Assembly: GCA_013203475.1 (NCBI GenBank) | Contig: JABMNV010000189.1 | Coordinates: forward strand, 19,217-83,216 | Direction: 5' to 3' | Length of the DNA stretch: 64,000 nucleotides | Source of the DNA: Acidobacteriota bacterium | GTDB taxonomy: Bacteria; Acidobacteriota; Vicinamibacteria; Vicinamibacterales; SCN-69-37 | Shown: piece by piece, positions 45,755 to 55,088 of the stretch | How positions within the stretch are numbered: the stretch's first letter is position 1 | How the letters are laid out: each line of letters begins with the position of its first letter | Position numbers and translations under genes: made by a program | The notes under the pieces: generated by a model | Seen by the model: only the letters and a program-made list of their open reading frames with translations | Database searches by the model: none | What the model was told of the DNA's origin: nothing

Positions 45755-46722
45755 CGCGAGGCCTTCAGTCTCTTGCGCGCACGTTCCACCCAGCCCCACG
45801 GCCCGGGTACCGGGCCCTCAGTGCGCTCCGCATCCAGCGCCAGCCGGGCCCCTTCGGCAAACGTCAGGCGCCGTGGATGGCCGATGAGGTCCCAGAAGTG
45901 TTGGTCACGCGCCAGCAAGTCATCCGTCAGGCCCACAACCACCTCGCGCGCCACTGACCACTTTGCGCGCGTGACAAACCGCACCCAGTGCGACGACAGC
46001 CGGGGCGTCAGCAGCGGCACCTCCACCATCCACGGCAGTCCCAGGCCCATGACACGCGTGGTCTGCTCAAGAATCGCTTTGCCCGACAAGATGTCCGGCC
46101 CGGGAATATCAAACCACCCACTCCCGCCAGTCGGCATGTCCAGCGCCCGCTCCAGTGCCAACACCACATCGTCTATCGCCACCGGCTGCGTGCGCGACTT
46201 CAGCCAGCGCGGCAACACCATCACAGGCAACCGTGCGGCCAGGTCTCGGACAATGAGCCAGCTGAGACTGCCGTTGCCCACAATCATGCTGGCGCGAAGT
46301 TCAATGGTGGTGACACTGCCGGCGCGCAGTGCCTCACCCACGTCCAGGCGGCTGCGCAAGTGGTCTGAGCCACCGTGCGCCGGCGCCACTCCACCGAGAT
46401 AGACGATGCGCCGGATGTTGGCGGCGGACGCCTCGCGGGCAAACGTCTCGGCGGCGCGGACTTCCTGCTGATGATAGTCGGCGTCTTCGCCGATCCCGTG
46501 CACCAGATACAAGGCGGCGTCGCAGTCCTCCAGCGCGCGGGCGCATGACGCCGCGTCGGCGACGTCACCCTGGACCCAATCGAGCGCGGGCTCACGGCGC
46601 TGGGCTTTTGCGGCGTCGCGGGTCAGACAACGCACCTGCCAGCCGCCGGCCTCCAGCGCGGGACGGACGGCCCGGCCCACAAAGCCGGTGGCGCCGGTCA
46701 AGAGCACGCGGCGTGCGCTCAT
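45751..46722 (-). CDS. NAD(P)H-binding atypical SDR / NmrA-like protein
   Basis: RVLLTGATGFVGRAVRPALEAGGWQVRCLTRD Rossmann start, followed by a C-terminal extension domain. Confidence 0.8.
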   Translation of the reverse strand: MSARRVLLTGATGFVGRAVRPALEAGGWQVRCLTRDAAKAQRREPALDWVQGDVADAASCARALEDCDAALYLVHGIGEDADYHQQEVRAAETFAREASAANIRRIVYLGGVAPAHGGSDHLRSRLDVGEALRAGSVTTIELRASMIVGNGSLSWLIVRDLAARLPVMVLPRWLKSRTQPVAIDDVVLALERALDMPTGGSGWFDIPGPDILSGKAILEQTTRVMGLGLPWMVEVPLLTPRLSSHWVRFVTRAKWSVAREVVVGLTDDLLARDQHFWDLIGHPRRLTFAEGARLALDAERTEGPVPGPWGWVERARKRLKASR

Positions 46723-47675
46723 CGGGGACTCAGCGCTTTCGGGTACGGCTGGAAGTAGACCTGGTTGTCCAGCCAGTCGCCCACATCGTGTGTGCGCAGG
46801 TAGTGGACCAGCAGCGTGAGCGGTGCGATCACGCCATGGAGTCCGGTGCGGTAGTCATCAATCAGCACCAGCAGTTCCTGTTTCTCGGCCGGCGTCAGCG
46901 CATCCTTGAAGTAGCCCATGATGTGCTGCAGAACGTTGGCCTGTTTGCCAGGCGTGGCGCGGTCACCCAGGGCGGCCATCGCCAGCGCCGTATACTCGCG
47001 CAGCGTCTCGGTCAGCGGCCGGTCGGCCACGCCCGCCACCAACCGGCCCAGTTGCCGGTACTTCACCGGACTGTGTGCCATGTAGAGCAGCTTGTGCGCC
47101 GAGTGAAAGGCGATCAGGTTGCCGCGCGACGGAGCGTTCAGCAGCGATGTCCGCATCCGATGGTGGGTGAAGATGCGGTCGAGGAAGCACTCGCGCAATC
47201 CCGCATCCACCAGCCAGCCCTCTTCGGCCAATGGCAACGCCGGCAGCCGATCGCGCAAGTGCGCCGCGAACAGGCCGGTGCCATCGCGACCCGGGGGACC
47301 GGCGTCGCCCTCCTTGTAGACACGTACGCGCGCCAGCCCGCAACTGGGAGAGTCCTTCTTCAGGACGAAGCCATCGAGATCGGCGGCGGCCAACTCGGCC
47401 ACGCGTGCGGCGGAGTAGGTCGACATGCTCTCTGTGCTGTCCTTGCCACTCTTGTTGCCGACGAGCTTCAGGCCCAATGGCCCCGTGATGAGGCGCAGGG
47501 ATTCACGCGGCACCGGCATGCCGGATTCAAGTTCGGGACATACAGGAACAAATTCGACGAACCGGCTCAGGGTGTCGTGCACGAAGTCGTGTTTCTTGTG
47601 CCCGCCGTCGAACCGGACCTGGCGGCCGAGCAGGCACGCGCTGACGCCGATGCGCGGACGAGATTCCGTCGTCAT
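46719..47675 (-). CDS. DUF523 plus DUF1722 protein (YbgA-like)
   Basis: Start ATG 47675 (MTTESRPRIGVSACLLGRQVRFDGGHK...). The C-terminal half carries LIAFHSAHKLLYMAHS...HIMGYFK, typical of DUF1722. E. coli ybgA is the gene upstream of phr. Confidence 0.8.
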   Translation of the reverse strand: MTTESRPRIGVSACLLGRQVRFDGGHKKHDFVHDTLSRFVEFVPVCPELESGMPVPRESLRLITGPLGLKLVGNKSGKDSTESMSTYSAARVAELAAADLDGFVLKKDSPSCGLARVRVYKEGDAGPPGRDGTGLFAAHLRDRLPALPLAEEGWLVDAGLRECFLDRIFTHHRMRTSLLNAPSRGNLIAFHSAHKLLYMAHSPVKYRQLGRLVAGVADRPLTETLREYTALAMAALGDRATPGKQANVLQHIMGYFKDALTPAEKQELLVLIDDYRTGLHGVIAPLTLLVHYLRTHDVGDWLDNQVYFQPYPKALSPR

Positions 47676-48478
47676 GCCGCCACCTCGGTGAGGTACTGAT
47701 GGAACCGGGCGAACGACGTCAGTCGAACGCCGTACGACAGCGTCTCCGGCCATGCGCCGTTGCCCCCCAGCACCAGGCGCACGTTGTGGGCACGGCACGC
47801 CGCGCCCAGGTCATCGGCCAACTGGGCCAGGTCTGCCTGGTTCGTCAGGGCAACGGAGGCTGACACCACCACCAGGTCCACGTCACCCTCCCCTACCAGC
47901 CGACTCACTTCAGCCACCGGCGTGCGACGCCCCAGCCACACTGGACTCACGCCCACTTCGCGCAAGCAGAGTTCTGCCAGCGACAGCCCCAGTGTATGGT
48001 CATCGTCTCCCGCGCACACAATCAGGGACCGCTTCCCACCCAGGCGCACCGGCAAGGTGTCGCCAATGCGCGTCAACGACCGAAGCAACGCATCGGAGGC
48101 CACATGTTCTTCGGCGATGGTGAGCTGACCGGACACCCATCGACGCCCCATCTCAGCGAGCACACCGCCAATTTCATCGGCCACCCGGAACCAACCGCCG
48201 AGCCGGCCGCGGGCTTCCAGCAAACGACTGTCGATGTCGTAGCGCTGGCCGTGGGTCAGGACCCGAATCCACGAGTCACTCGGCGAAGCGTCTCCGGATG
48301 ACGCCCGAGCCTGGCCGCGCACGTATTCCTCAATCGCAAATCGCTCAAACCGCCGATGGCCACCGGCGGTGCGGGAAAACGGCAAAATGCCCTCGTCTGC
48401 CCAACGCTTGATGGTGGACGGAGCCACGGCCGCCAGCTTGGCCGCCTCGGTCGTGGTGAGCATCGAGTCCGATGTCAT
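47672..48478 (-). CDS. MerR-family regulator with a B12-binding domain (CarH/LitR-type light sensor), paralog 2
   Basis: Start ATG 48478 (MTSDSMLTTTEAAKLAAVAPSTIKRWADEG). Wx9EH in RWVSGQLTIAEEHVASD. Canonical DDHTLG (DxHxxG). Confidence 0.8.
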   Translation of the reverse strand: MTSDSMLTTTEAAKLAAVAPSTIKRWADEGILPFSRTAGGHRRFERFAIEEYVRGQARASSGDASPSDSWIRVLTHGQRYDIDSRLLEARGRLGGWFRVADEIGGVLAEMGRRWVSGQLTIAEEHVASDALLRSLTRIGDTLPVRLGGKRSLIVCAGDDDHTLGLSLAELCLREVGVSPVWLGRRTPVAEVSRLVGEGDVDLVVVSASVALTNQADLAQLADDLGAACRAHNVRLVLGGNGAWPETLSYGVRLTSFARFHQYLTEVAA

Positions 48479-48561
48479 GAGTCCATGATAGTATGTTTTG
48501 GACGATTTTAATATTATATAACGGTCAAATCGACCTTTACAGTTGCAAGAACAGAATTCAT
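48479..48561. promoter_or_regulatory. AT-rich divergent promoter region between litR/carH paralog 2 and the SRPBCC gene
   Basis: gatagtatgttttggacgattttaatattatataacggtcaaatcgacctttacagttgcaagaacag. The element gAccTttACAg (within ~48530-48542) fits the nAnnTnnACAn CarH half-site pattern. Only one clear copy was seen. Confidence 0.4.
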
Positions 48562-49008
48562 ATGCATACGCTCTCCCGTTCTCAAGTTGTCGCCAGGCCG
48601 TTGGACCAGGTCTTCGCGTTCTTTTCGGACGCGGCCAACCTGCAGGCGCTGACGCCGTCATTTCTCAACTTCCGCATCCTGACGCCCATGCCGATCGAGA
48701 TGCGCACCGGCGCGGTCATCGACTATCAGTTGTCGCTGTTTGGAATCCCGCAGCGGTGGCGCACGCGGATCACGGACTGGCAGCCAGGCGTGCAGTTTGT
48801 CGACGAGCAGGAGTCAGGGCCATACACGCTCTGGCGCCACACTCACAGGTTCGAGCCACAGGGCGAGTCAACCATCATCCATGACACGGTCGAATACCAG
48901 GAACCACTGGGCCCGCTCGGCCAGGTGGCGCATGTCCTGTTTGTGAAGCGCACGCTCGACCGGGTCTTCGACTTCAGGCGCAACGCCACAGATCGACTCC
49001 TGGGCTGA
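48562..49008 (+). CDS. SRPBCC-superfamily (cyclase/dehydrase-like) protein
   Basis: Start ATG 48562 (MHTLSRSQVVARPLDQVFAFFSDAANLQALTP...). WRTRITDWQPGVQFVDEQESGPYTLWRHTHRF is typical of COG4276-type SRPBCC proteins. Confidence 0.7.
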   Translation: MHTLSRSQVVARPLDQVFAFFSDAANLQALTPSFLNFRILTPMPIEMRTGAVIDYQLSLFGIPQRWRTRITDWQPGVQFVDEQESGPYTLWRHTHRFEPQGESTIIHDTVEYQEPLGPLGQVAHVLFVKRTLDRVFDFRRNATDRLLG

Positions 49009-49110
49009 TGGCAGGCCTGTGTCATATCACCCATGCGGCGCGCGCGATTCGAGCGCGAGGCGAAAGCCATCGCGTTCGTCGTTATTAAAGGATTGCGCCT
49101 CGCAGGCGTG

Positions 49111-50013
49111 TTACTTCAACAACTCCGCGAGTGTGCCGCTGACGGCCTGGCCCCAGATGCCGTAGCCCTTGGCGACCGGGTGCAGGTTGTCGGGCCGGAA
49201 GGTGTCGGGCAGGAAGAAGCCGTTGCCATCCAGAAACGCGGCGCCAATGTCCAGGTAGAAGACGTGTTCCTGATCGTCGAGTCTTGAGATGATCGAGTTG
49301 ACCTCTGCGATCTGGTCGCGCACGGGGTCGCGTGGCACGCTGCGCGGAAAAATGGCGACCAGCAGGATCTTCGCGTTGGGGAAGTTCCGGCGTAGTTCAA
49401 GGACGACCGCACCAATGCCCTCTGCGATTTCGGGTGCCGTGTTCGTTCGACTGTTGTTGGTGCCAATCATCACCATGACGGCCTTGGGCTGAAAGCCCTG
49501 CCCCTCGCCATTCCGCAAGCCCCAGAGCACGCCCTGGGTCGTATCTCCGGCAATGGCGAAGTTGGCCGTACGGATACTGCCGAAGTACTTCTCGAACATG
49601 GCCGTGTTGTCGTCGCCCTGCACCCACCAGTCGGTGATGGAGTCACCGTGCAGCAACAAATCGATGTTCCCCTGCTGCGCACGCTCAACGAAGCCGAGAT
49701 GCCGCGGCCCCTGGCGCTGCCGGGTCTGGGTGAAAGTGGCAGCCACGTTGAACGGCTGCGGCTTGAGCAGCAGCCGCGACTCGAACTTCTTCAGGAGTGG
49801 AGCCGTCGGTGATGTGTCCGAGCCGATGAACTGCTGCACAGCACCGTTCACCTGCGCCAATTCAGCTGGCGTGGGACGTGGGATGGCGACCGCGTCCGGC
49901 ACCGGAGCCGATGGACCGATGTTCACCGTGGCAGGGTTCTGCATCCCCGACACCGAGGCCCACGTGCCGAGTGTGATCGCGACGCCGACGATGATGGAGA
50001 TCGGTCGCTTCAT
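49111..50013 (-). CDS. Secreted SGNH/GDSL-family hydrolase
   Basis: Signal peptide. Block I LLHGDSITDWW, block III VMIGTNN, block V DNLHPVAKGY. Confidence 0.8.
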   Translation of the reverse strand: MKRPISIIVGVAITLGTWASVSGMQNPATVNIGPSAPVPDAVAIPRPTPAELAQVNGAVQQFIGSDTSPTAPLLKKFESRLLLKPQPFNVAATFTQTRQRQGPRHLGFVERAQQGNIDLLLHGDSITDWWVQGDDNTAMFEKYFGSIRTANFAIAGDTTQGVLWGLRNGEGQGFQPKAVMVMIGTNNSRTNTAPEIAEGIGAVVLELRRNFPNAKILLVAIFPRSVPRDPVRDQIAEVNSIISRLDDQEHVFYLDIGAAFLDGNGFFLPDTFRPDNLHPVAKGYGIWGQAVSGTLAELLK

Positions 50014-50127
50014 AAGCCTGTCCTTTGGTTGAGCGTGGCCGGTCGCTAGCGAACTTGTACTGAAACGACCGGAGTCTACCCGAATTCTCCTTGGCGTTGA
50101 ATCGGGTGCGGATGACCACGTCCTGGC

Positions 50128-52170
50128 CTACCAGATGTGGATGCGCGCCTCGGGTGCCAGATAGAGCGCGTCGCCTTCTTTGACGTCGAACGCGGCGTAC
50201 CAGGCGTCCACGTTACGGACAATGCCGTTCACGCGGAAGTAGGGCGGACTGTGGGGGTCGGTCAGCAGGCGCTGCCGCATCGCGCCCTCGCGGGTCTTCG
50301 ACTGCCACGCCTGCGCAAAGGCCAGGAAGAAGCGCTGGTCGCCTGTCAGTCCGTCGATGACGGGTGCCGCACCGTGCTTGGCCTGGTAACGCTGATAGGC
50401 CGCATACGCCATCTCCACGCCACCCAAGTCCCCGATGTTCTCGCCCATGGTCAGCGCGCCGTTGATCTTCACGCCAGGAATCGGCTCGTACGCGTTGTAC
50501 TGATAGCCGAGCGAAGACGTGCGCTGGGCGAACGCTTCCTTGGCGGCGGGCGTCCACCAGTTGGTGTATTTGCCGCTGCCGTCGAACTGGCTGCCCTGAT
50601 CATCGAAGCCGTGACCGATTTCGTGGCCGATGACGGCACCGATCGCGCCGTAGTTCACGGCCGGATCCGCCTTCGGATCGAAGAACGGCGGCTGCAGGAT
50701 GGCCGCCGGGAACGTGATCTGGTTCAGCAGCGGGTTGTAGTACGCGTTCACCGTTTGCGGCGTCATGTCCCAGAGCGACCGGTCCACCGTCTTGCCGAGC
50801 CGCGAGAGTTGAAGGTGCCACTCGAATTCGCCGGAGCGCGTCGCGTTGCCGAGCGGGTCGGCGCGATCGACCGTCAACGACGAATAGTCAATGTACGTGT
50901 CCGGATGACCGATGCGCGGATCGAAGGCGATGAGCTTGGCGAGCGCCTTCTCTTTGGTCGAGTCATCCATCCAGCTGTTGGCGGTCAGGCGCTCTTCAAG
51001 TGCGCCTCGCAGGTCAGTGATGAGCTCGGCCATCTGGGCCTGGCTCTCTGCCGGATAGTGTCGCGCCACATAGATTTCACCGACGGCTTCGCCCAGCGCG
51101 CCATTGACGAACTGCACGCCACGCTTCCAGCGTTCGCGCTGCTCCGGCACGTCATTCAACGTCTTGGAGAAGAAGGCGAAGCTCGCTTCGTCAAACGCCT
51201 TCGGCAGCACGTTGGCGTGGTCGCTGACAAAGCGGAAGGCCACCCAGTCTTTCCAGGTCTGCAGCGGCGTCGAGGTCAGCATCTTCCCGGTCGCGGTGAT
51301 GGCCGTGGTCTCGGCCATGATCACGGTCGGAATGTCGCCCAGGCCGAGCTCGTTCATGATCAGGTTCCAGTCGAACTGGGGCGCCAGCTTCGCCATTTGC
51401 GCCCGGTCCATGGGGTTGTAGATGGCCTGAATGTCCCGCGAGCGCTCCGGCGCCCAATGCTCCTTCGCCAACGCGGTTTCAAGCGCGACGATGGCGTCGG
51501 CCTTGGTCGCGGCGTCAGGGATGCCGGCTAACTCCTGAATGTGGACGGCATAGTCGCGATAGGCTTTGCGAAACGCGTCATATTTCTCACCCTCCAACAG
51601 GTAGTAATCGCGACCACCCATGGTCAAACCGTCCTGGAAGGCGGCGGCGATGTAGCGTGTCGGATCAGCAAAGTCGGGCAGGATTCCAATGCCCAAGGGT
51701 GCCGCGTACCCCACGGTGGCGAAGAGCACCTGCAGGTCGGTGAGATCCTTCACGGCGGCGATCTTCGCGAGATGTGGTTCGAGAGAAGTGGTGCCGCGGG
51801 CCTCGATGGCTGCCTCGTCCATCCAACTCGCGTACATGTCGCCAATCTGCTTGCCGCTGGCGCCATAGAGATCCGGCTTTGCCGCCAGGTCTGTCATCAG
51901 ATCGCGGACCTGCTGTTCAGCCTGGTCTGCCAGGATGACGCCGACGCCGGCGGATGTGCGGTCAGCGGCGATCTCCGTGCGGTCGTTCCAGGCGCCGTTG
52001 GCGAATGTCCAGAAATCGTCGCCCGGCTTGGTGTCGGCCTTCTGGGCCGTCAGATCGACGCCGAACGCGCCGTAGCGCGGTCCCTCCGCCGGGGCCTCCT
52101 GGGCGCACGCCGTGATGGCGCACGCAAGTGTCATGGCGGTCGACAGGCGAACGAGAATTCCGACTTTCAT
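50128..52170 (-). CDS. pepO: M13-family zinc metallo-endopeptidase (PepO / endothelin-converting-enzyme-like), lipoprotein or secreted
   Basis: VIGHEIGHGFDDQG (HExxH), ENIGDLGG (ExxxD), and the C-terminal W. N-terminus LACAITAC is a lipobox-like signal. Confidence 0.9.
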   Translation of the reverse strand: MKVGILVRLSTAMTLACAITACAQEAPAEGPRYGAFGVDLTAQKADTKPGDDFWTFANGAWNDRTEIAADRTSAGVGVILADQAEQQVRDLMTDLAAKPDLYGASGKQIGDMYASWMDEAAIEARGTTSLEPHLAKIAAVKDLTDLQVLFATVGYAAPLGIGILPDFADPTRYIAAAFQDGLTMGGRDYYLLEGEKYDAFRKAYRDYAVHIQELAGIPDAATKADAIVALETALAKEHWAPERSRDIQAIYNPMDRAQMAKLAPQFDWNLIMNELGLGDIPTVIMAETTAITATGKMLTSTPLQTWKDWVAFRFVSDHANVLPKAFDEASFAFFSKTLNDVPEQRERWKRGVQFVNGALGEAVGEIYVARHYPAESQAQMAELITDLRGALEERLTANSWMDDSTKEKALAKLIAFDPRIGHPDTYIDYSSLTVDRADPLGNATRSGEFEWHLQLSRLGKTVDRSLWDMTPQTVNAYYNPLLNQITFPAAILQPPFFDPKADPAVNYGAIGAVIGHEIGHGFDDQGSQFDGSGKYTNWWTPAAKEAFAQRTSSLGYQYNAYEPIPGVKINGALTMGENIGDLGGVEMAYAAYQRYQAKHGAAPVIDGLTGDQRFFLAFAQAWQSKTREGAMRQRLLTDPHSPPYFRVNGIVRNVDAWYAAFDVKEGDALYLAPEARIHIW

Positions 52171-52499
52171 CCGTCTCTCCTCAGGTCGGTGGTGCGACGA
52201 ACCACTACCTTAGGTGGGCCTTTCGGGGGATGTCAACGTTGACTCGTGGGTGGTGTAAGATGCCGGACTATGAGAGGGTCCCAGCGTCAGATGGATGGGG
52301 CGGCCCCGTCCGGTTCCTACACACCGGGCGACCTGGAGGTCGAGGCCTTGATCCTTGCTGCAACGAACCACCCCTTGGGCACACAGTTCCTGATTGGAGG
52401 CTGCCTGGGTACGGTGGCCATCACGTTTCATGTGCATTCGTTCACAGTCGAGGCGGCGCGACGGCGCCTCTGTGCACACACGGAGGGTCACTAGACACG

Positions 52500-53483
52500 A
52501 TGACGCTTCCGATGTCAGTGATCACCTGTGAATGCTGGGCGCGAGATGGGTTGCAGTCGATGCCCATGCTCGTCTCGACCGATCACAAAGTCGAGATGAT
52601 CAATCGTGTCATCGGGGCCGGCTTCAAGAAGCTCGAAATCACGTCGTTCTCTCATCCGAAACTCCTGCCGCAGTTTGCCGACGCGGTGGAGGTCCTCAAA
52701 CGCATCGATCGGCGTCCGGACGTCTCGTACGTCGTCCTCATGCCCAACACCAAGGGATTCAACCGACTGGAAGTCTGCCAGAAGGAAGGCTACGGGGCGA
52801 CCGAGATCATCCTCATGATTTCGTCCAGCGAAGCGCACAACCTGCTGAACTTCCGGATGACTCACGCGCAGGCGATGGCCGAACACGCGGCGATCATGGC
52901 GCGCGCGCACGCACTGGGCATTCGTGTCATCGGGTGCGCGGGTACCGTGTTCGGCTGTCCCGTTCAGGGTGATTTGACGACGGCCGATGTGGCCAAGATC
53001 GTGAAGTTCTATCTTGACGAGGGCGCGCAGTCCATCATGTTGGGCGACACCACCGGGGTCGCGAATCCTCGGTTGGTGCGTGAGCGGGTCGGCGAGTTGA
53101 TGGCCCAGTTCCCAGCTGCGGAGTTCATCGCCCACTTCCACAATACGCGCGGCACAGGCATGGCCAACACGCTGGCGATGCTTGAGCTTGGCGTACGTTA
53201 CGTTGACGGCTCGATTGGTGCGATTGGCGGCCAACCGGCCACCGGCGCGGCGAAATACTCGGCCGGGTTCACGGGCAATACGTGCACCGAAGATCTCATC
53301 GCGATGCTGGCTGAAATGGGCGTGGACACTGGCGTCGATCTGCCGAAGTTGCTTGAGGCGGGCGGTCGGGCCGAAGCTATTCTCGGTCAGCGCCTTCGCT
53401 CGAATACCCTCCGCAGCGGACCAGCGATTCACGTTCCGTCGGCGGCGGACAAGGAAACCGACGCCGCGATCGAGACGCGCTGA
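52500..53483 (+). CDS. HMG-CoA-lyase-like (HMGL/DRE-TIM) family lyase
   Basis: Start ATG 52500 (MTLPMSVITCECWARDGLQS...). ITSFSHPK, LGDTTGVANP and FIAHFHNTRGTGMAN are metal/substrate blocks. Confidence 0.8.
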   Translation: MTLPMSVITCECWARDGLQSMPMLVSTDHKVEMINRVIGAGFKKLEITSFSHPKLLPQFADAVEVLKRIDRRPDVSYVVLMPNTKGFNRLEVCQKEGYGATEIILMISSSEAHNLLNFRMTHAQAMAEHAAIMARAHALGIRVIGCAGTVFGCPVQGDLTTADVAKIVKFYLDEGAQSIMLGDTTGVANPRLVRERVGELMAQFPAAEFIAHFHNTRGTGMANTLAMLELGVRYVDGSIGAIGGQPATGAAKYSAGFTGNTCTEDLIAMLAEMGVDTGVDLPKLLEAGGRAEAILGQRLRSNTLRSGPAIHVPSAADKETDAAIETR

Positions 53484-53507
53484 CCCCGTGTTAGCATCGA
53501 CGCCAGA

Positions 53508-53936
53508 ATGGGACAAACCTACCAGTCAATCGTTATCAACGCTCCCGTCGACGACGTGTGGAATCGTCTCAAGGATTTCCACGACTTGTCCTGGGCGCCC
53601 AACGTCATCACGAGCGTCGATAAGGTCGGTGACAAGAACGGCACCGATATCGGTGCCAAGCGCATACTCAACGGCGCCTTTCACGAGACCCTGCTCGAGT
53701 TGCACGACGACAGCCACACCCAGGTCTATAGCATCGACGACGGCCCGCCTCCCGTGTCGAAGGCCGATGTCGTGAACTACGTCGGCCGCGTCGAGTGTCA
53801 CGCGGAGACAGAAGGCGGCGGTACGTTCGTGGCGTGGTCCTCCAAGTGGGACAATGCCGACGGAGGCGCGGCTGATTTCTGTCACAACGTGTGCGTGGCC
53901 CTCCTTGGGGACCTCAAGAAGTCGCTTGAGCCGTGA
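53508..53936 (+). CDS. SRPBCC-superfamily small protein
   Basis: SIVINAPVDDVWNRLKDFHDLSWAP... shows the Bet v1-like pattern. The stop overlaps the next start (GTGA, 53933-36). Confidence 0.7.
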   Translation: MGQTYQSIVINAPVDDVWNRLKDFHDLSWAPNVITSVDKVGDKNGTDIGAKRILNGAFHETLLELHDDSHTQVYSIDDGPPPVSKADVVNYVGRVECHAETEGGGTFVAWSSKWDNADGGAADFCHNVCVALLGDLKKSLEP

Positions 53937-55084
53937 AGATCCTCCGTGCTCGCACTACGGTCGTGGGCACGCCGTGGCGGGAGCTTGTCTTTCTAGAGCT
54001 CGAATCTGACACGGGCCTGATCGGCACCAGCGAAGTGCGCATGGTCAGCCGCACCGACACGCTGCTGGCGTGTATTGACGAGTTGGCACCGCGCCACGTC
54101 ATTGGGGCTGACCCGTTCGATGTCGAGCGGTTGGCGTGGAACATCCAGCGCGCGGAGTACGACCGGCCTGGAGAAGTCTCGCAGTCGGCGCTGGCGTGTT
54201 TCGACGTGGCCTGCTGGGACCTCATGGGCCAGTCGCTCGGCGTGCCTGTCTGGAAGTTGCTCGGTGGCAAATTCCACGAGCGTGTGCCTGCCTATGCCAA
54301 CGGCTGGTATCAGGCCGAGCGCGATCCGTCGGCGATCGCCGCGCTCGCCACCGCCGTCGTCGCGAAGGGCTACCGAGGCCTGAAGCTGGATCCCTTCGGG
54401 CATGCCAGCGCCGAACTGTCCTCGGCCGACCGTCGACATGCGATGGCGATCGTGGGTGCCGTGCGCGACGCGGTTGGGCCGGATGTGCAGCTCATGCTGG
54501 AGATGCACGGCCGGTTTACGCCATCGACGGCGGCGATTGTGGCGAAGGCGTTGGAGCCCTTTGAGCCGGAGTGGATCGAAGAGCCCACGCCGCCTGAAAA
54601 CGCCCTCGCGTATCGCGCGGTGCGCAACGCGACTCATCTGCCGATTGCCACGGGCGAGCGCGCGCATGTGATGGAAGACATGCGCGGGTTTATTGAGGGT
54701 GGTTTGGTTGACATCGTGCAGGTGGACCTGACGCATTTTGGTGGATTCCTGCCGATGAAACGCCTCGCCGGGTGGGCCGATCTGTACGCGCTGAACCTGG
54801 CACCCCACAACGTGTGCGGCCCGGTTGGCACGATGGCGAACCTGCACTTTGCCGTGGCAACGCCCAACTACAAGGTGCTGGAACATTTCAACGACTTCGC
54901 TGATTCCTGGGTGCACGAATTGGTGGACCACTCACCGCGTATTGATCCTGCCGACGGCTGTTTTGTCGCGCCCGATCGGCCAGGGCTGGGCCTCGCTCTC
55001 AATCATGAGGCGTGCGCTCGTCATCCCCGCACGGGCGGCCGCATCAAACTGTTTGAAGAGGGCTGGGAGCGACGACAGGAGTAG
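53933..55084 (+). CDS. Enolase-superfamily dehydratase (mandelate racemase/muconate lactonizing enzyme family; sugar-acid dehydratase-like)
   Basis: ACFDVACWDLMGQSLGVPVWKLLGG, GYRGLKLDPFG, LMLEMHGRF, WIEEP, IATGER and VDIVQVD are metal-ligand and catalytic blocks. Confidence 0.85.
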   Translation: MKILRARTTVVGTPWRELVFLELESDTGLIGTSEVRMVSRTDTLLACIDELAPRHVIGADPFDVERLAWNIQRAEYDRPGEVSQSALACFDVACWDLMGQSLGVPVWKLLGGKFHERVPAYANGWYQAERDPSAIAALATAVVAKGYRGLKLDPFGHASAELSSADRRHAMAIVGAVRDAVGPDVQLMLEMHGRFTPSTAAIVAKALEPFEPEWIEEPTPPENALAYRAVRNATHLPIATGERAHVMEDMRGFIEGGLVDIVQVDLTHFGGFLPMKRLAGWADLYALNLAPHNVCGPVGTMANLHFAVATPNYKVLEHFNDFADSWVHELVDHSPRIDPADGCFVAPDRPGLGLALNHEACARHPRTGGRIKLFEEGWERRQE

Positions 55085-55088
55085 TCCG

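Noticed and set aside
43544-47699. Long ORFs 43544..44743 (+), 44463..45716 (-) and 46329..47699 (+)
   Set aside because: They overlap the photolyase, CPBP, NmrA-like and YbgA-like genes, which all carry clear family motifs. The long ORFs have low-complexity Arg/Gly/Pro composition, so they are shadow ORFs.
50137-51531. 464-aa plus-strand ORF
   Set aside because: Antisense to the M13 peptidase, which has HExxH and ExxxD motifs.
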